The position numbers and the translations under genes are program-made. Below are positions 63,601 to 64,000 of a stretch of 64,000 nucleotides of DNA, in pieces. The notes beneath the pieces are model-generated. The model was given only the letters and a program-made list of their open reading frames with translations, did not search any database and was not told where the DNA came from. The stretch is from Azolla caroliniana (Eukaryota; Plantae; Polypodiophyta): positions 27,342,001-27,406,000 of the forward strand of contig JBHGNT010000002.1 in the NCBI GenBank assembly GCA_043228905.1, written 5' to 3'. How positions within the stretch are numbered: the first letter of the stretch is position 1; every line of letters starts with the position of its first letter.

Positions 63601-64000
63601 TCACGCTTCACACATTATACTACACATGTTGCACCTAACTACAAAACCATATTCTTCGCGGAACGGGGAAATCGTACACATCCATACATGTTAGAGCCCA
63701 TACCGTTATCTTCCATTTGAACCATTGCTTCCATGCGACTTAGCTCACATGCATTGCGATGTGAAACAGGGCGTTGGGGTACAAGTGATGAGAGTGGTCG
63801 GTTATGCGCACTTTGCCCTAAACAAGTTCGCGAGTCTGAGTATCACACTTTGATACAATGCTTTGCCTTTGATCATATTCGACCATGCTTTACACATCTC
63901 TTCGATCGAGCCCAATCTTTGCATGAATTCCTCTCACAACCACAATGTGCACTCTCGATTGCAACATTCATTGGTAAAGTTCTTGAACATCGAGAGTCAC
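60652..64000 (+). CDS. LINE ORF2: APE endonuclease, reverse transcriptase and C-terminal CCHC; one internal TGA at 63718-63720; runs off the window
   Basis: WNCNG, VETW, GDMNAR, SVIDY, SNH; QAGFR, VDFKKAFD, KQGCPLSP, LYADD, FKYLG; after the TGA the frame continues RLSSHALRCETGRW...CALC...EYHTLIQC. Confidence 0.92.

Overview
Eukaryotic DNA, very probably from a non-seed land plant (fern- or lycophyte-like; inferred from the TE lineages). Only one host gene is present: a two-exon CYP71-clan cytochrome P450 (21248-23100, +) with an atypical I-helix. Almost everything else is nested retrotransposons. From 1-14092, a tRNA-Trp-primed Ty3/gypsy element (A) sits inside a sister copy and is itself interrupted by a copia solo LTR and a chromovirus (B). 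14100-28000 is AT-rich intergenic DNA with a MITE and L1 fragments. From 28001 to the window end, one old copia (E) is split by solo LTRs, a Tcn1-like chromovirus (C), a sister copia (D), a non-autonomous element (F) carrying a nearly intact Trp-primed gypsy (G), a further LTR, and a near full-length LINE unlike plant L1/RTE. The most interesting system is the Trp-primed gypsy family. All seven insertions abut a 4-bp target with a central CpG. Gag and protease form one ORF, and RT-RH-IN appears to be reached by a -1 frameshift at G_GAU_UUU_UAG followed by a conserved H-type pseudoknot. The protease motif is DHG, and a pol-less partner element shares the cis signals. All boundaries were read by eye; no database searches or folding were run.
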